This document shows positions 63,505 through 64,000 of a stretch of 64,000 nt of DNA, in pieces. The notes under the pieces were generated by a model, which did not search any database, had not been told where the DNA came from, and saw nothing but the letters and a program-made list of their open reading frames with translations. The stretch is from positions 1,493,005-1,557,004 of the forward strand of contig CBDHBZ010000008.1 of NCBI GenBank assembly GCA_965260925.1, given 5' to 3'. This stretch comes from Abditibacterium sp. Its GTDB lineage: Bacteria; Armatimonadota; Abditibacteriia; Abditibacteriales; Abditibacteriaceae. A program made the position numbers and the translations under genes. How positions within the stretch are numbered: position 1 is the stretch's first letter; the number at the start of each line of letters is the position of its first letter.

Positions 63505-63944
63505 ATTAACCGCCAAGGACGGAGAGAACGCGGAGAGAACGCGGAGAGAACGCGGAGAGAACGCGGAGAGAACGCGGAGAGAACGCGGAGAGAACGCGGA
63601 GAGAACGCGGAGAGAACGCGGAGAGAACGCGGAGAGAACGCGGAGAGAACGCGGAGAGAACGCGGAGAGAACGCGGAGAGAACGCGGAGAGAACGCGGAG
63701 AGAACGCGGAGAGAACGCGGAGAGAACGCGGAGAGAACGCGGAGAGAACGCGGAGAGAACGCGGAGAGAACGCGGAGAGAACGCGGAGAGAACGCGGAGA
63801 GAACGCGGAGAGAACGCGGAGAGAACGCGGAGAGAACGCGTGCGCAAGCTAAAAACAAAGGAACCAAAAACATTCAATTTTTAATTTATTTGGTGTCAAC
63901 TGTTCCTCTTACTCCCAGCGTCCTCTCCGTCCTCTGCGGTTAAT
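63505..63944. repeat. Inverted-repeat element whose left arm carries the expanded 11-bp array
   Basis: ATTAACCGCCAAGGACGGAGAG (63505-63526) pairs with CTCTCCGTCCTCTGCGGTTAAT (63923-63944), with 2 mismatches. The centre is AT-rich. Confidence 0.7.
63521..63839. repeat. 29 perfect tandem copies of the 11-bp unit GGAGAGAACGC
   Basis: 319 bp = 29 x 11 with no substitution visible. The minus-strand ORFs over it (SLRVLSAFSPR...) are artefacts of the 33-bp periodicity. Confidence 0.97.
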
Positions 63945-64000
63945 TCTTGTTCCAAGCACCCGCGAAACCGCCGCGCCAACCGCTGGGAATCGACGAGACC

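Noticed and set aside
63193-63877. Minus-strand ORFs of 226 and 123 aa with the repeating peptide SLRVLSAFSPR
   Set aside because: They are read through the perfect 11-bp x 29 array. The 33-bp periodicity keeps every frame open, so the ORFs are artefacts of the repeat, not evidence of coding.
1-64000. tRNA, rRNA, tmRNA, RNase P or known riboswitches (for example FMN upstream of ribD)
   Set aside because: I found no cloverleaf-compatible sequence with a T-loop consensus and no recognisable conserved riboswitch core by eye. Absence is not proven without a covariance-model scan.

Overview
GC-rich bacterial chromosomal segment. The organism is probably diderm (skp-lpxD, a beta-barrel porin, an EPS/BY-kinase cluster, a Tad pilus ATPase). 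No taxon can be assigned from sequence alone. All protein calls come from reading the supplied translations for known motifs; no searches were run.

Main content:
1. 1.7-7.3 kb: a visibly AT-richer polymorphic-toxin locus. It holds a Hint-domain toxin, an ankyrin immunity gene, one orphan Hint+toxin/immunity cassette and a third Hint remnant. The main toxin gene is split by a 98-bp palindromic insertion. A G11 tract lies in the spacer of its candidate promoter.
2. 7.5-12.2 kb and 15.1-18 kb: two-component signalling genes.
3. 19.5-27.6 kb is the most interesting module. It is a minus-strand operon encoding a 1178-aa beta-propeller plus ARM/HEAT-like protein, a SWIM zinc-finger protein with a C-terminal BRCT domain, and a retron-type reverse transcriptase with an N-terminal extension. 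A ~1 kb non-coding leader precedes it. The leader carries two tandem structured units that share conserved cores but have unit-specific outer and inner stems, the layout of a retron msr/msd RNA. Two copies of one long-hairpin element bracket the whole module.
4. 27.7-51.4 kb: housekeeping genes, including MFS, moeB-like, skp, lpxD, ribD, corA, nadA, ftsQ-like, priA and queE.
5. 52.5-63.5 kb: an exopolysaccharide cluster.

The window is unusually rich in palindromic repeats. The core CCAGCCACGT occurs about 29 times, as intergenic hairpins, as tandem arrays and in-frame inside genes. Several families of long nested inverted repeats sit in most intergenic regions. A perfect 29-copy 11-bp tandem array lies at 63.5 kb. 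An unlisted 31-aa peptide with 10 cysteines and a strong SD sits at 52357-52452. No rRNA, tRNA or CRISPR array was recognised.
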